Shown here piece by piece: positions 48,569 to 62,078 of a stretch of DNA of 64,000 nt; positions within the stretch are counted from its first letter, which is position 1; each line of letters begins with the position of its first letter. The position numbers and the translations under genes were made by a program. Below the pieces are notes generated by a model, which had not been told where the DNA came from, made no database searches, and saw nothing but the letters and a program-made list of their open reading frames with translations. Source of the DNA: Phoronis australis (Eukaryota > Animalia > Phoronida); assembly GCA_002633005.1 (NCBI GenBank), contig NMRA01000017.1, positions 79,125-143,124 on the forward strand. Reading direction: 5' to 3'.

Positions 48569-50743
48569 AGTAGGGTTGGTACTGGAATGGGCAAAAGGTA
48601 AGACATGTCAAGGTCATCCAATATAGCAAGACCACATGTGGTGAACTAGTCAGTGACTTCCAAGAATAATGAGCCAATTGGCAGCTATGTTGATACGTTG
48701 TTCATTTCAACTGAGTCTGCAGCCAGTAGCAAAGCTGTGTGCCAGCTTTGCGAGCAAGATTTTCAATTGGAATGTGTTACCTTCACAGTTGTTAGGAAAC
48801 ATACCTGGATTACATCCTTCACAAATTTTACCGCCTCAAGTTACAGAAGTAGTAATGCCACATAAAAAACCATAACAGACATGCAGTCCTCTTTTGACTC
48901 TAGGTTGTATGTAATTCAATTATTCTTTTGATCAGCTGATTAGCGTTCCGTACTGTACATAACCATGCACTTGAATTGAACCCAGTCTTGGCTGTTAAGC
49001 ATAATATTCGTTCAATTTCCTGCACCATTTGAAACGGTACCCTTAATTAATTACAATTCAGAACTTTCACATTCGACACTGTCGATTCTCAGTCGAACAG
49101 GTTTTGTTTGTGATATCAGAAGTGCGAAACTCATAAGCTACAGTAATTTGTCAAATTGGACTATCTCAAAATTTGATAATTCAGGCATGAGATATCACGA
49201 GACATTTCATAGACTTTCGTGGCAAGGACATTCAACTATTTCAGTACATAGTTTTTGCGCAAAAAGAATAAAACCATTCAGCAGTTCCAGTTATAACAGG
49301 GTGTTTCTTTTAATTAGTTAATATGTTAAATTAAAGTAATAAAAACTTACTAAACTTTTTATTGGAATAAGACTCCTTATTTATTTCAAATATTGATAAT
49401 AGCAGACCAGTAATCATAGATATTGCGCGGAAATGATATATAGCCCGTATGTACAGTATTGCGCAAGCACAATAGATATGATCTCTCCTGCTTCGCCCCA
49501 GTTTCCCCAGTTTCGCACTGATGCAATTTACTTTATGTCAGTTCTGTTTACACACATACTTGCACCCGCCCAATCATCTCTTGACATGTCAGCTGATCCA
49601 TGACAACTTTTGTAGTGTAAATGGGGCAAGACAGCAGGAATTTACACCATACTGAGTTAGGGCACAACCCTAAATGAATCTGTAAACTCATCAATTCAAA
49701 ATATAAAGTGTAAACTCATCAATTCAAAATTCTCATTATTGTTGTGACATATTCAGAGAAACAACATTCTCAAGCTCAAAAAAAACAATTTTACCATGTT
49801 CAAGTGAGTGGCAAATAGGCTAGCAGTTTCACTGACTGAAATGCTCCAACATGTTTTAGTCAGACAGACGAGCTGTCTGGGAAGGGGACATTTTCGCCAG
49901 CGCTAACCTCGTTTCTTCACCACCCCATATCCCTTTTAAGAAAAAATGTATCAAAACATGTCATCACTCTAGCAAAAAACGCCAGCAGTTTTGGGTAACT
50001 CAAACCTCCAGCAAAAGTGACTCTAATAACTGTACTAGATATTAAAAGCACTATCGAGAACACTAGCATTTTAGTCCAGTCTGTGAAAAGGATGGCTGGA
50101 GCCACGAATGTTTCGATAAAAGCTACAATCAACAATTATAAAAATGTTTGCATATTAGTAAAATCAGTTGTAAAAATTGATTACCATCATGACTAATCTG
50201 GACACAATATCAACATTCAACCAGACTTGGTTCAAACATTAACTTGTGTTCTGTAAGATGATGCAAGCCTTATCTTTTGACACTTAAAACGGTAAACCTT
50301 ATCAAGGCAACACACTGTTTTCCATAAGAGTTCTACAGATATCGCAAAACACACATGTTTAATTAACATTTGGAACACAAGATATTAATCTAATACATTG
50401 ACATACACATAAAAGGTAGATGGGAATTTACTAGACTAGTCAAGTGGTAGCAGAACTCATAAGATATCCATGGAAACTACTAGTGTATGAATAATAATTA
50501 ACTCTGAACTAGAGAAGACACTTGACACTGAACAACAACAGTGGGATGACAGCTGATCAAAGCGTGAAGAGTGAATACCTGAACAAAATAAAAGTAAAAA
50601 TGATGATGAATGATGATGACAAAAATGAACGAAGCAGTACATCTTGTACAGTAACAACAAACCAGCAAAAGTGCATTGGTGAACAAGTTAACAAAAGTGC
50701 ATTGGTGAACAAGTTAACAAAAGAGTATTGGTGACCTAGTTAA

Positions 50744-52348
50744 AGGAGAATGCCACCCGATTTAATTAGTCTTTTTTGTCGTCTTGATCAGTCTATGTCC
50801 ACATCGCCTCGCATACGGTCGACCATACCTTGCCAAGAGGTGTCGCGTTAACCTGTGAGGAAGGTGAGAAACGACGCTAGCGACGTCAGTGGTTCATATG
50901 CAGAGTGAATGCCGCTATGTTGCGGTGCATCGTTCCCGCTTGTCCGAACTAAGCAGCTGCGAGAAAAGCGGGTAAATGTTTTTTTTTACTTCCTCGAGAG
51001 TCCGAAATGCTTAGGAAGTGGCTCGTGGTAGTGAAGAATGAAATGTACGCTGTAAATAGCAAGTATGAGGCCGTGAAACATCTCCGTGTCTGTGGCCTGC
51101 AGACGTCGACGGTGCCTCACGAATGCCGGCTTACCAAATAACTCCATACGTTCCGTTGTCTGAGCTTGTTCATGGTGCCTCTCTAGTATTTCTTCATCAC
51201 TGTATTCCTGTTCGAATAGATAGCCTGTAAAACTTAACGATCCACCTGCAAAGTCGGGACTGATAAGCTCCAGCTCGTCCTAAGTCGGGATTGCGAGTTG
51301 CCATGTTGGCGTTTATTACTGAGCGTTCTGTTTCAAAATGAATTATTCTCACCCTAACCAATATTTATATAAAACTGAAATAAAGTCTGTCTCATTAGAT
51401 GCAATTTGTAATGCCATTGGAGTTTTCATGAGTCCAAATGATTTGAGAAGCCAGCAATGAATAAATCACTGCGTTACCGGCTTTAGGTGTAATAGGGACA
51501 CCGAGGCCGTGTGAGCTCATGCTAATTTAGTGTTTGCTGGCAGAAACTGTTGTGAAACAACTCGATTTCCATCCCACGGCCAGGTGTTAGGGGAACCTTA
51601 ATTACGTTTACATTACTCAAATAATGATTGTCAATGTACAACTTCTGCCCTGACGGTGCTGTGGCCAAAGAGGAACCTGAATTCGCCGCGTCCCCAGACG
51701 AGTAAGTAGATTTGCAGTTTCGTAGCTAATTCACCAACATAATCACGTGCAAATTACTTTGGCCCACTAGCATAGTATTTTATTGACTGGAAGTTCAGTT
51801 CCCACTGAACTTTGGCTGGTTTATGTTCGTGATGTCTGATCAGTTTCCGAGCCACTGGCCGGGATAACAAGCGTTTTGTGTTTAGAACCCAAAAAATCAC
51901 AAGTCTAAATAACACAGATCTAAGTTCTCCTGTCTGTATCTCACGGAAAATACTTCGAAATTATCTCCGAACACACCCCAAACTCCTGCTACGGACCTTA
52001 TTGGCCTGCTGAACTTTGTAGGCTACGGTGTGTTCAAATACCAATAAATCCGTAAGAGCGAAATAGAACAACACGTTTTTGTAAGAACTCCGTGCATTTT
52101 TAAGGGTTTTACATCGAAGTTTGATGATTTATTGGTGTTAAACGATTTCAAGTGATAACCTGACACCAGTAACCCGTGTTGTGAACTGTTGAACAGACTG
52201 CGTGTGAAACCGATGACGTCATTGGATAATTTCAACACCTCCGCCTACTGTCAGGTGTCAGGTAACGCAACCGTAGGTGTCGTTATGGAGTAGAACTACT
52301 CGATCTAAATTGATACAAATTAGGTTGTTTTTTGGGTGGCATGCTCTT
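50744..52348 (+). mobile_element. non-autonomous Kolobok-type DNA transposon with TTAA target duplication
   Basis: TTAA|AGGAGAATGCCACCC ... GGGTGGCATGCTCTT|TTAA (13/15 TIR match); decayed THAP ORF at 50917-51105; the host 26-bp repeat resumes after the element. Confidence 0.8.
50917..51105 (+). pseudogene. THAP zinc-finger remnant of the transposase
   Basis: MLRCIVPACPN*...FFLLPRESEMLRKWLVVV...LRVCGL. Confidence 0.7.
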
Positions 52349-55300
52349 TTAACAAAAGAGCAGATATCAAATCAGAAAATCTTGACTAACTCAACATCAG
52401 TAAGACGTAGCAGGATACAGGTTGTACACTCCAAGATAACCTTTGATGAGGTCTACCTATAGTGTTCTCCACAACAGAAAAATCAAAGTCAATAAGAAAA
52501 CTCATGTACTAGTTGGCATTCAAAAGTTCACGTCCATTCTGTAGGGAGCTTGTGTTTTAGTACTGGAATGCACTCAACTGGTACGAAAAGACAAAAATGT
52601 CCAAATTTGCTTAAGAAATGATTAATCTCACAGTTTTTCTAACTCTTTGCATTGTTTCTAAATTCATCACAGCAAAATTCAAACTCCATACAACAGTTTG
52701 TAGCGAACGTTGACCCACAGAAGATTCCCTCAAAGGACTGCAAAGTTATAGCTCTCTATAAACATCTAATACGGTAATATTTGAAAAATGGCCGTCACGG
52801 GGTAATGTTGCATCGGATTTTCACCAAAAAGAATAGGCCTCAAGCTCTTGTTGAGATACATAAATACATCGTCTATATAAATTGCAAGTTGATCGGACAA
52901 AGTATACCACTTATAGCTTATGTACGATAGATCAACAAAAGAGCAGCGAGGAATCAGTCAATAAAAGAAGTTACCAGAACAGTAAATCTCGAATAACTTG
53001 AGAACAAGAACAGTAAGTTGGAGCACGAAACAGATGACACATTCTGGAGAGCAACTGACCAGAACTGTCCACTGACCAAATGGAAGGTCAGTCAAGGGAT
53101 GAGAAACGAATCAATAAAAGTACATCTGGATGGCATAATACCGACAGCGTTTTCAAGGCCAGATCTTTCCACACACCAAGTTTCAGAAAACCCCCTCCAG
53201 GAACAGAGGAGCTTTCACTCTGAATAACGAAAAATTTGAAAATGGCCGCCACAGCACATCTTGCGTCCGATTGCACATTTACCTATTGAACAGAAAAGAA
53301 ATTTGACCTGTAGCATGCAAACAAATACAAAAAATATGAGTAGTAGAATTGTCAAAAAATTGCCATAATCCAACCTAATATTAGTAAAGAGCAACATCGC
53401 TTACCACTTCTGAAATGAGCAACACCACAAGATCCGCAATATTAAAACTAGTTAATGACAGATGATACCATTGTTAACACCTCAGCTAGCCATCTGATAA
53501 GGCTGTTAGCCAGTACATTGCCAGCGAAACTGACTGAATGAGAGAACATACCGTACTCATCCGAGTTACCACCCAGGGCGCTTAAATAGGGTAATTCAAC
53601 CATTAGAGGGTATGCGTCAAGCCAACCATGGGTGCTTACTAACTTGATAGCGCACAGAAGTTCAGTAGCGTGAAGACACTTTTTACAAAGCTAATCTTTA
53701 AATTTCTCAGTGAACATACAAAGCAGGCAGGGTGTTAGTCGTTTGCGGATGCTTTACCCATTTTTGGCACATGAGCACGGTGAATGAAATGTGAGAGTTA
53801 AACTTAATTAAACCTAAGACATTCTAAGAAAAACATGTTTGAAGAGAGCACTTTCAACAAATTTCATGTCTTATAATGAACACAAAACATAATTTTAGTG
53901 GAAACATCAACCAACTGAAGGTCAGGCAATTAGGTATAGCCCCTAGAAAGCTTGAAACATTTATCTAATGATGAGTCTAAGTCTGTCAAACTCAGCTAAA
54001 GTACCTGTGGTACTCACAACGTGGTACTGTCAATTAAGAAACAGACAATATTTCATCCACGCACAGACGGCAAAAACAGTATTTACAAACACCACCTTCA
54101 TCATATTAAATTTTTAAGTTTAAAACTGAAAGGCATAAAATAAAGGTCATAGCCAATGAAGTTTACATTTCCGGGAGGGAGGGGGCTCCACCAGGGAACG
54201 TTTAGTTAGGGACGTGCACTCATTAGTTGGGAGGGTATTACCCTCTTAGGTAAATATTTTGAATTCTTAACATTTAGGGTCAGTAAAGAAGTGGCAATAC
54301 GCTGATAAATGGTATATATTGCTTCGAACAGCTATTTTCATCAGTTGGTATTGACTCGTTCCCACATGATTGTCTGAATTTTGAATGTTGTACAAGCTTG
54401 TCCTCCCAGTACAACTTATGTTTGTTAGCATCACATGATCACATGTGACCTCACAGAACTGTGACTGAAGTAGAACTGTTCTGTACATGGTACTGTAGTT
54501 GTCCCAGTGACTGATATAGGTGAACTAAAAACAAACCATGCACTACACCAATACTGTGGTAATTCATTCAGAATCAATCATCAAAACCACAACCTGTCAT
54601 TAATAATACCAAAATCTGACTATTTAAATTCAATTTCAATACAACCCAAACATTTGGCTAAACATCACATCGCAGTGTTCTCTAGAACAGGAAATTCAAC
54701 CTCCATAGGACTAGCTGCAATACTCATAAACATGTTCAATAGTATGTGAGAATGCTACCACCAGTTTGTACCTCAAGTCTTACAATAAGTGCATTCAAGT
54801 AGTGCAAATCAAAACATCTCAATTTGCTTAAAAGAAATTATAACAGATCTTTCAAAAAGTTCACAAACTGGTTGGTTGCGTAGATTTTCAAACTAGACGC
54901 AATGAAGTCAAACTTATAAAGGCAGAATGCTAAAGCGTTTCTGCGACGTTTGAAAACAGACTGCGGAGAACAGCGCACCAAGATATTCCTTAAATCAGTT
55001 AAACAAATGTTTGCTAACACAAACAAGCTAAGAATCGCGATCACTAGCCAAATTTCAGTAACACATTTAACTTTAAGTATGTTATATGATGAATGAAAAA
55101 GGTCATCACTGCTGAAAATTTTTGGTACTGTGTAAGATTCCAAAATGAACAATTTCAACCAACTACTCTACAGCTTTCAAAACTGATACAAAGACCACAT
55201 TTGATGACTGTGAGATAAGTTTATCTAATCCTTCTAAGTTTTTCCAGTATTTAGTAAATTAGTTTCATAGTGATTTTGAAGTGGCACATTGGCTGTAACT

Positions 55301-56792
55301 GGCTGACATCAAGCCCAACAAGGTCAGACGTACTTATCAATACATTTTGTCCAATTTGATATTCTGTCGTCCTTTTCTCTTGCAACTGAACCTCAGTTCA
55401 ATTCAAGCCCATTACCAGTGGTATTTACTTGTTACTAGGTGGCGCTGCTTGTATTGGACAGTCGTGTTCACGTCAATTCAACCCCATTACCATGGCTATT
55501 TAATTGTTACTAGGTGGCGCAGCAATTGGACAGTCGTGTTCAAGGCAATTCAAGCCCATTACCATGGCTATTCATTTGTTCAACATCGACTGTTCGCAAC
55601 TACATTTCCTTACAGTGAAGATCAAAACTTTATTTGGTTATGGTGACTTCAAGTTTGCATATTTATGCCAGAAATGAAAGTAACATACTTTATTTTATCA
55701 ATTCAAGAAGTAAAATGGTTGAGCATCTCCATTACAGGGCCATCTTCTGTATGCCTACAACATCCACAGGCAATGTAATTGCCAACTTTCCTCCCACCAT
55801 GGATGGCACATGGGTGACCTCCCTATCACCCTCTGTATATTTACCTTAAACAATTACATCGCCCGTAGCATACATGTAATAGCTTTGTATTGGTAATCAA
55901 CCAATTTACATTTTGATTGATACAATAAAATACATGTATGGAAACAGTTTCTTGTGAATAAGAGACAATACACTGCCAAAAAACTGTAATTTTCACCCGT
56001 TTAGTTTTTTTGTCCTAAATATACAAATAAGGGGTGAGAAAAATCTAACACTGTATCGCTATTCTACTCCTAAATTTGTGGAGCGATAAGATGTCATCTT
56101 TCAGCATCATGTCAAATACTGGCCGACTCTTTATTTTTCCACAAAGTTGCATATAGATCACAACACCATAGTCAGTATGCACTTAGTTTCACTTTCTTTT
56201 AAAATTTTCAGCTTAAATTACCAGCAAATTTCTGGAAAACTTTGGCTTCCCCAGCTGTGGTGAAGTTGGCATCTTCTCCCAAAGATGTCACAAAAGTTTG
56301 TTAATTATGTAAATTTTCCAACGGCACTGGCTGTGGTTAGATATAGCAGTCCCTGATATAGAGATCCAGTTTCGCCTGGTCCTGTTAATCAGGACAAGAT
56401 GACAAGGTCAAGCAGACCTACAGAATGAAATTTCAAAGTCTCTGTGAGGTAAACAAACATCAATTCCTAAGCGTACAGCCCAGCCACGGCTTCTACTAGT
56501 ACTCTCTGTCACTTGGTCCTCAGACGTAGGGACGTGGAGCTTATTTCATTCTCCCCGGTCTTTCAAAACATACCTCTTACACCATTGGCCTTTACTTATA
56601 AGGTGTACGTTAGTGGCACGTTCTAACAGAACGCAATAGGCTCCCATGCGTAGGGACGTCAGAGGGCCAGGGGCAGGGCAAGCCTGGCAAGGCCAATACA
56701 CGTTTCCTGACCAGTAACGCCTATTTTTCTGCGGTTAACGTCAAAAATATACTATCTACTTCCCCTAAAAATCAAAATATATTTGTACTTAC

Positions 56793-56920
56793 CCTTTACT
56801 TTAGCACTGTTTAGAGTCTGTCAAATGTTTTTGACTTCCTGTACTGTATTTTATGGCCATTAGGAAAGTTGCATTGTGGTCTGAAAATAACTTCCGAGTT
56901 TGTGTGGCGGGAAATTTGCC
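56793..56920 (-). promoter_or_regulatory. probable HECW non-coding first exon and core promoter
   Basis: Strong minus-strand donor AGG|gtaagt at 56792; E2F-like GGCGGGAAA at 56906-56914; ETS-like CTTCCG; local CpG enrichment. Coding exon 1 has an acceptor 13 nt before its ATG, so an upstream exon is needed. Confidence 0.55.
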
Positions 56921-58098
56921 GGTGTTTGTTTTTGTTCATCTGTTCATTCGTTACACAAGTCAAGTTGGCGCAAGTATCATGTCTGTGGTCGTGCAGAAAT
57001 GGTCCAGAACAGATGCAGCAACTAAAGACCTTCAGAAATTACTGAAATGTCTTGTTTGGTAAGGATATACTATTGTTGTCTATTCTGGGAGATGTGTCAA
57101 GGCAGACAACTGAGACTGCAGACTGCAGTGTGCAGTGACCACCGTTTGGCGTGGTAATTGTTTACAATATGACGACATTGACTTACACTCATGATTTTGG
57201 TATCGTTTGATTCCTTGCAAAGTTATCTTTCCAAAAATATTCAGAAATTCTTCCTACTCCATTCTTTTAATATTTTATCGTAAAATTTCTGTTCGTACTT
57301 AATTTCGTGATACGTGGTAGTAATACCGCCATGTTGAATGGAAGGAATCACCTGGTGGTCAAAAACTTAACTAATCTACCGACTTCTGTAGATCGTCGGT
57401 TTTCATAAGTTCAAATTGGCCGAGACTCGTCTATCCCCCACCCGAGTTACGGTGCCAAGGGTTCGAATTCGATCCTATGGTACGCATCGTGTTAGCACGA
57501 AACCGTGAAAAAAGTGGAAGTTGTTTTTGAGGTCCATATTGGTGAAAATGGTATCCACTTCAGACAATTGAGTGGAAAAATGGTCAAATGGTCACAATTA
57601 TAAAAAAATTGGAACAGGTGAAATGCTGCTACTTGTTCCTCCATACTCAGATATAGAGCTCCATATTATGTCGGGAAAACTTTAGCAGGATTCTTGCGCA
57701 GGCAAACGCCATTCAAAATCAATGATGCCGTTTCATTCATTAACAACAGGTGTCGCTGTAATCTTGAGTTAAGCTAACATGGCGATGTCAACCGGGAAAT
57801 AGTGCGAACCGAAATTAGACGATAAAATACGGAGGAAACACGGTAGGGGATAAATTCCTATATTTTTGGAAAGATAACGTTGCGAGGAATCGAACGATAC
57901 CAAAATCATGTGTGTACGTCAATGTCCTCATATTGTAAACAATTACCTCTGGCGTGTCTAGCTCAACTGAAAAGTGGAGACGTTTGGAAGCTTTTTGGCA
58001 AATTATGCCTAACACTGATTAAAACATCAAAGTCGCGTTATAAGTATACCTCTTGCACATAGAGGGACACCTTAATAAGTCCTTTTACAGTTTTAAGA

Positions 58099-58168
58099 CA
58101 CGGGCGGCGCAGCACTGAAAAAAGTGGGGGCTATAGCCCCGCCAGCTCCCTATGGTGCGCCGCCCATG
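58099..58168. mobile_element. 70-bp MITE, related copy at 2528-2604
   Basis: TIR CACGGGCGGCGCA / TGCGCCGCCCATG; internal AAGTGGGGG..TATAGC shared with the 2.5-kb copy. Confidence 0.65.
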
Positions 58169-58446
58169 TAGGAGACTGACGATGTCTTTGTAAATAGCCG
58201 AGATTACCCAACCCGGGAATTGAACCAGCGAGCGTGCTAACCATTCAGTTAATAGGTAATTGCCCGATAGTACCTGTTCTGTAGGAAAGGTAGGCGCCCA
58301 GTCGCTAATGCGAGTAAAATGGTACTGTGTGAGAAGAAGTTGACTTGCCGGTCACCCACGTGGCGAGCGAATTTTCAGAGCGCAAAAGTACTATATTGTT
58401 TCCCAGATGAACATGAATAAATTTTCTCCTCCTTGTGCTGTTTTTT

Positions 58447-58838
58447 ATGCGCCCACATATTTGTATGTGGACGCATTATGCCGTCATCTCCGTCTGTCCG
58501 GGCGGCGTCCCTCCGGCGTCCGCTGCTCTATCTAAAAACCCTTTGACATACGTTCATGGAATGTAGCACATGTGTTCCATTAATGAATGGGACGGCATGA
58601 GCGAACTTTCGGATGGTTCCGACTACCGGTGTGCCCCCTAGTGGCAATTTTAGTTTTTTACGCTTACCTTTGTATCTTCAAAAGTCCTGAACGGATTTTC
58701 ATGAACTTTAGTATATAGGCACCTATTAGTGAGATGACGCTATCCTCCCGTTTTCGGATGAATTCGACGTAGTTAGTGCCACCTAGTGGCCATTTTTACT
58801 GTTTTCGAGTGTTTTTTTTTTGCGTCCACATCTCTATC
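58447..58838. mobile_element. Helentron/HINE-like element, left part (right part 61639-62078)
   Basis: Inserted in a T run; terminal hairpin ATGCGCCCACATA..TATGTGGACGCAT; GTCT/GTCC-like tract; complementary GTGGGCGC at 62061. Confidence 0.55.
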
Positions 58839-58914
58839 NATGGTCCAGAACAGATGCAGCAACTAAAGACCTTCAGAAATTACTGAAATGTCTTGTTTGG
58901 TAAGGATATACTAT

Positions 58915-61000
58915 TCACCTATTTCACGAAAGCGCCATCTTCCCGCGCCATCTTTAAATACTGATCGAAAACGAGGCACACTGATAAAAAGTCGTGAGTG
59001 GTCACCAGCTGGCCTTGATGGTGTACTGTGCAGTGCCTGAACGTACCAATTCCAACTCGTCGGTATCCTTCCCGGGGATATACTTACCCACTCGCCCAGT
59101 CGCCAATGCGAGTCAAAATGTTGCTAGGCGAATAGAAGTTGACTTGCCGGTCGCCCAGGTGGCGAGCGAATTTCAAAGCGCAACAGCACTATATATCGTT
59201 TCACAAATGAATATGAATAATTTTCCTCCTCCTTGTGCTGTTTTTATCATGAATTTAAGGTTCAGTTTGGTCATCGTGTCGATGCTCCGGCAGTAAAAAA
59301 CATCCGCGCAGTGTGACCCTACCGATTCAGTACATGTCACCCGTTACGCGATTCGTCAAAAAATCACAGTGTGTGGTCGTGCACAAAGAATTTGTGGACT
59401 AGTCCGAAACGAAGAAAATGGGAGAAAGGTGGAAGACCGGTCCATGTGCTCTTAGCAAATGAAATACCATACTTCTTGGAACTGATTCCTTTTTGTAATG
59501 TACAATGTCATTTTAGCCAAAATTATTTTTGTAACATAAGCGCCCATGCCCCTATAAGCGTCCCCACTCGTTTCCTGCAGACTTCGCTAAAATAAGCGCC
59601 CAGTCCATGAATGTGTAAATATTTGTGCGAAAAATGTCTTACCTCACAGTTCTAAAATTCTCCAGTAATGTATTCAATTTATCAATAATATCCGACAATC
59701 CTGAAAAATCATTGTGCGCGGAATTTCTAGTAGACCACGAGCCTCGCCCCTATGTCGGGTATTTAGCCGTGGCTGTACACTTCAAACCGTTCCGCAGTGC
59801 TTCAAAAAGAACGCAAAAGATTTGCTGATCTTGCGAGGAAAGTGTCACACTATATGGTCTGGCCCTTCGAACAGACGCAGCGTACTGGTCAACGGGATTG
59901 GTATTGTATCTTTCCCGTACAGATTTTCTCCCACAACAGGAGTCCAGATTGCTTTGTACACGTAAAATTATAAAAACCGCGAATCGAAACTTGGCCAAGA
60001 AGCGCGCGCTAGGGGCTACATGTGGGCCTGCTCAATGAGATAAATATAACTACATATACAGCTCATTGGGCCTGCTACTCCGGCAAATGAACACTGATGA
60101 CACGCACGCGCTCGCTCACTCGGTGCACACCTGTTGACTCACTTCAATACAAACGTCACGTGACAACAACATATGTGTTCGTCCAGATTTTTCTCGTTGC
60201 CGGGTGCGATCTAGCCGGCGCAGATTTTGACTTAATCTGCGGTTAATCCCGACTCCGAGTCCACAGGAACTTAAGAATCTTAGGAAAGGCTATTTGGAAA
60301 ACTTAAGGAGGATTTGAGGTAATTTGAGTCGAAACTATTTTTACTCAAGAATTCAAGTTGTCCTATCGCGAAGCATGCAGCGACGCATCAGTCGGCAAGT
60401 TTTCGCACTGGGATTTCAGCGTATTTTTTTAAAGATTAACAACAGAGCCTTTGATAGCAATGCACCATAGTTTTGTAGAAAGTCTGTCATAGGTTACACA
60501 TACGTCACAGCGGAGACCGGGTTTTAACCGCCGTAGGTTACAAAAAGCGTCCCCCTGGGCGCTAATTATTAGGGCAAATACGGTAGCCCTAATAGATGGT
60601 GACATCAGTGCACGAAACGATGATTTTTATTTTTATACTATTAGCAAGTTTGTGGTGACTGGCGCCAACGGCCGGGTGACTGAACTTCGGGCGAGTAGAT
60701 TTTCTGACTCCGGCACTCGCCCAGCTGGCGAGCAGGATTTTTCAAGACTGGGTAAATCCCTGACTTCCACACTTTTCCAAAAAAGGGAAAACTACGGAGG
60801 AATGGCTGAGGAGGGTAAAAGTCTAGTTGCCGTGCGTATTGGTATGTTTTTGGAGATCGATTCAGCATCAGACAACTTGATTTTTGGTAACGTTGATAAG
60901 TCTTTTGACCACACCACCTTGCAGGACGATGCCATGTTTGTCAACGCGCCTCGTTTTCGATCAACACGACAGCAGCGCCTCGCGTTCGTGAAATAGGTGA
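58915..61000. mobile_element. 2086-bp non-autonomous TIR transposon with AT target duplication
   Basis: Perfect 16-bp TIR TCACCTATTTCACGAA / TTCGTGAAATAGGTGA; empty site visible at 57072-57073. Confidence 0.85.
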
Positions 61001-62078
61001 ATTGTTGTCTATTCTGGGAGATGTGTCAAGGCAGACAACTAAGGGACTGCAGAGTGCAGTGTGCAGTGACCACCGTTTGGCGTGGTAATTGTTTACAATA
61101 TGACGACATTGACTTACACTCATGATTTTGGTATCGTTTGATTCCTTGCAAAGTTATCTTTCCAAAAATACTCAGAAATTCTTCCTACTCCATTCTTTTA
61201 ATATTTTATCGTAAAATTTCTGTTCGTACTTAATTTCCTGGTACGTGGTAGTAATACCGCCATGTTGAATGGAAGGAATCACCTGGTGGTCAAAAACTTA
61301 ACTAATCTACCGACTTCTGTAGATCGTCGCTTTTCATAAGTTCAAATTGACCGAGACTCGTCTATCCCCCACCCGAGTTACGGTGCCAAGGGTTCGAATT
61401 CGATCCTATGGTACGCATCGTGTTAGCACGAAACCGCGAAAAAAGTGGAAGTTGTTTTTGAGGTCCATATTGGTGAAAATGGTATCCACTTCAGACAATT
61501 GAGTGGAAAAATGGTCAAATGGTCACAATTATAAAAAAATTGGAACAGGTGAAATGCTGCCATGCTATGAACATTCCCACTAAATAAAATTGGTTCTAAC
61601 CCCGGTGTTTAAGGTAAACGGCGGGGTATGGAAAATTNCTTGTTTTTGGCGCCCACCCCTGTATCAACCAAATCATTTGACAATTGGCATATATGTTCTC
61701 AGTGTGAAGACGACCTTTGACTGACTACTGTGGCGCCTCCTAGTGGTAGTTTTGTTTTTCGCCTATAGTTGTATCTCCTAAACCCACTGCAGGATCTTTA
61801 CTAAATTTAGTAAGTGTATTTATATGAAGATAACAACAGACGACGACGACTTTCAGGCGGATCCAGCGGACACTGTGCCAACTAGTGGCAATTTCATTTT
61901 ATCCTGTTTTTCTTTGTTTCTCTGAAGTTCCTTGACAGATTTTTTTTGAAATATGGCATGTTCCTGTTTTTGGATGGATTGTATGTTTTTGCGCCATCTA
62001 GTGGCCATTTTTATGATGCAAATAAATAACCCTAAAAGCACACCATTTGCAATGCATTCGTGGGCGCGTTGCTCTTAT

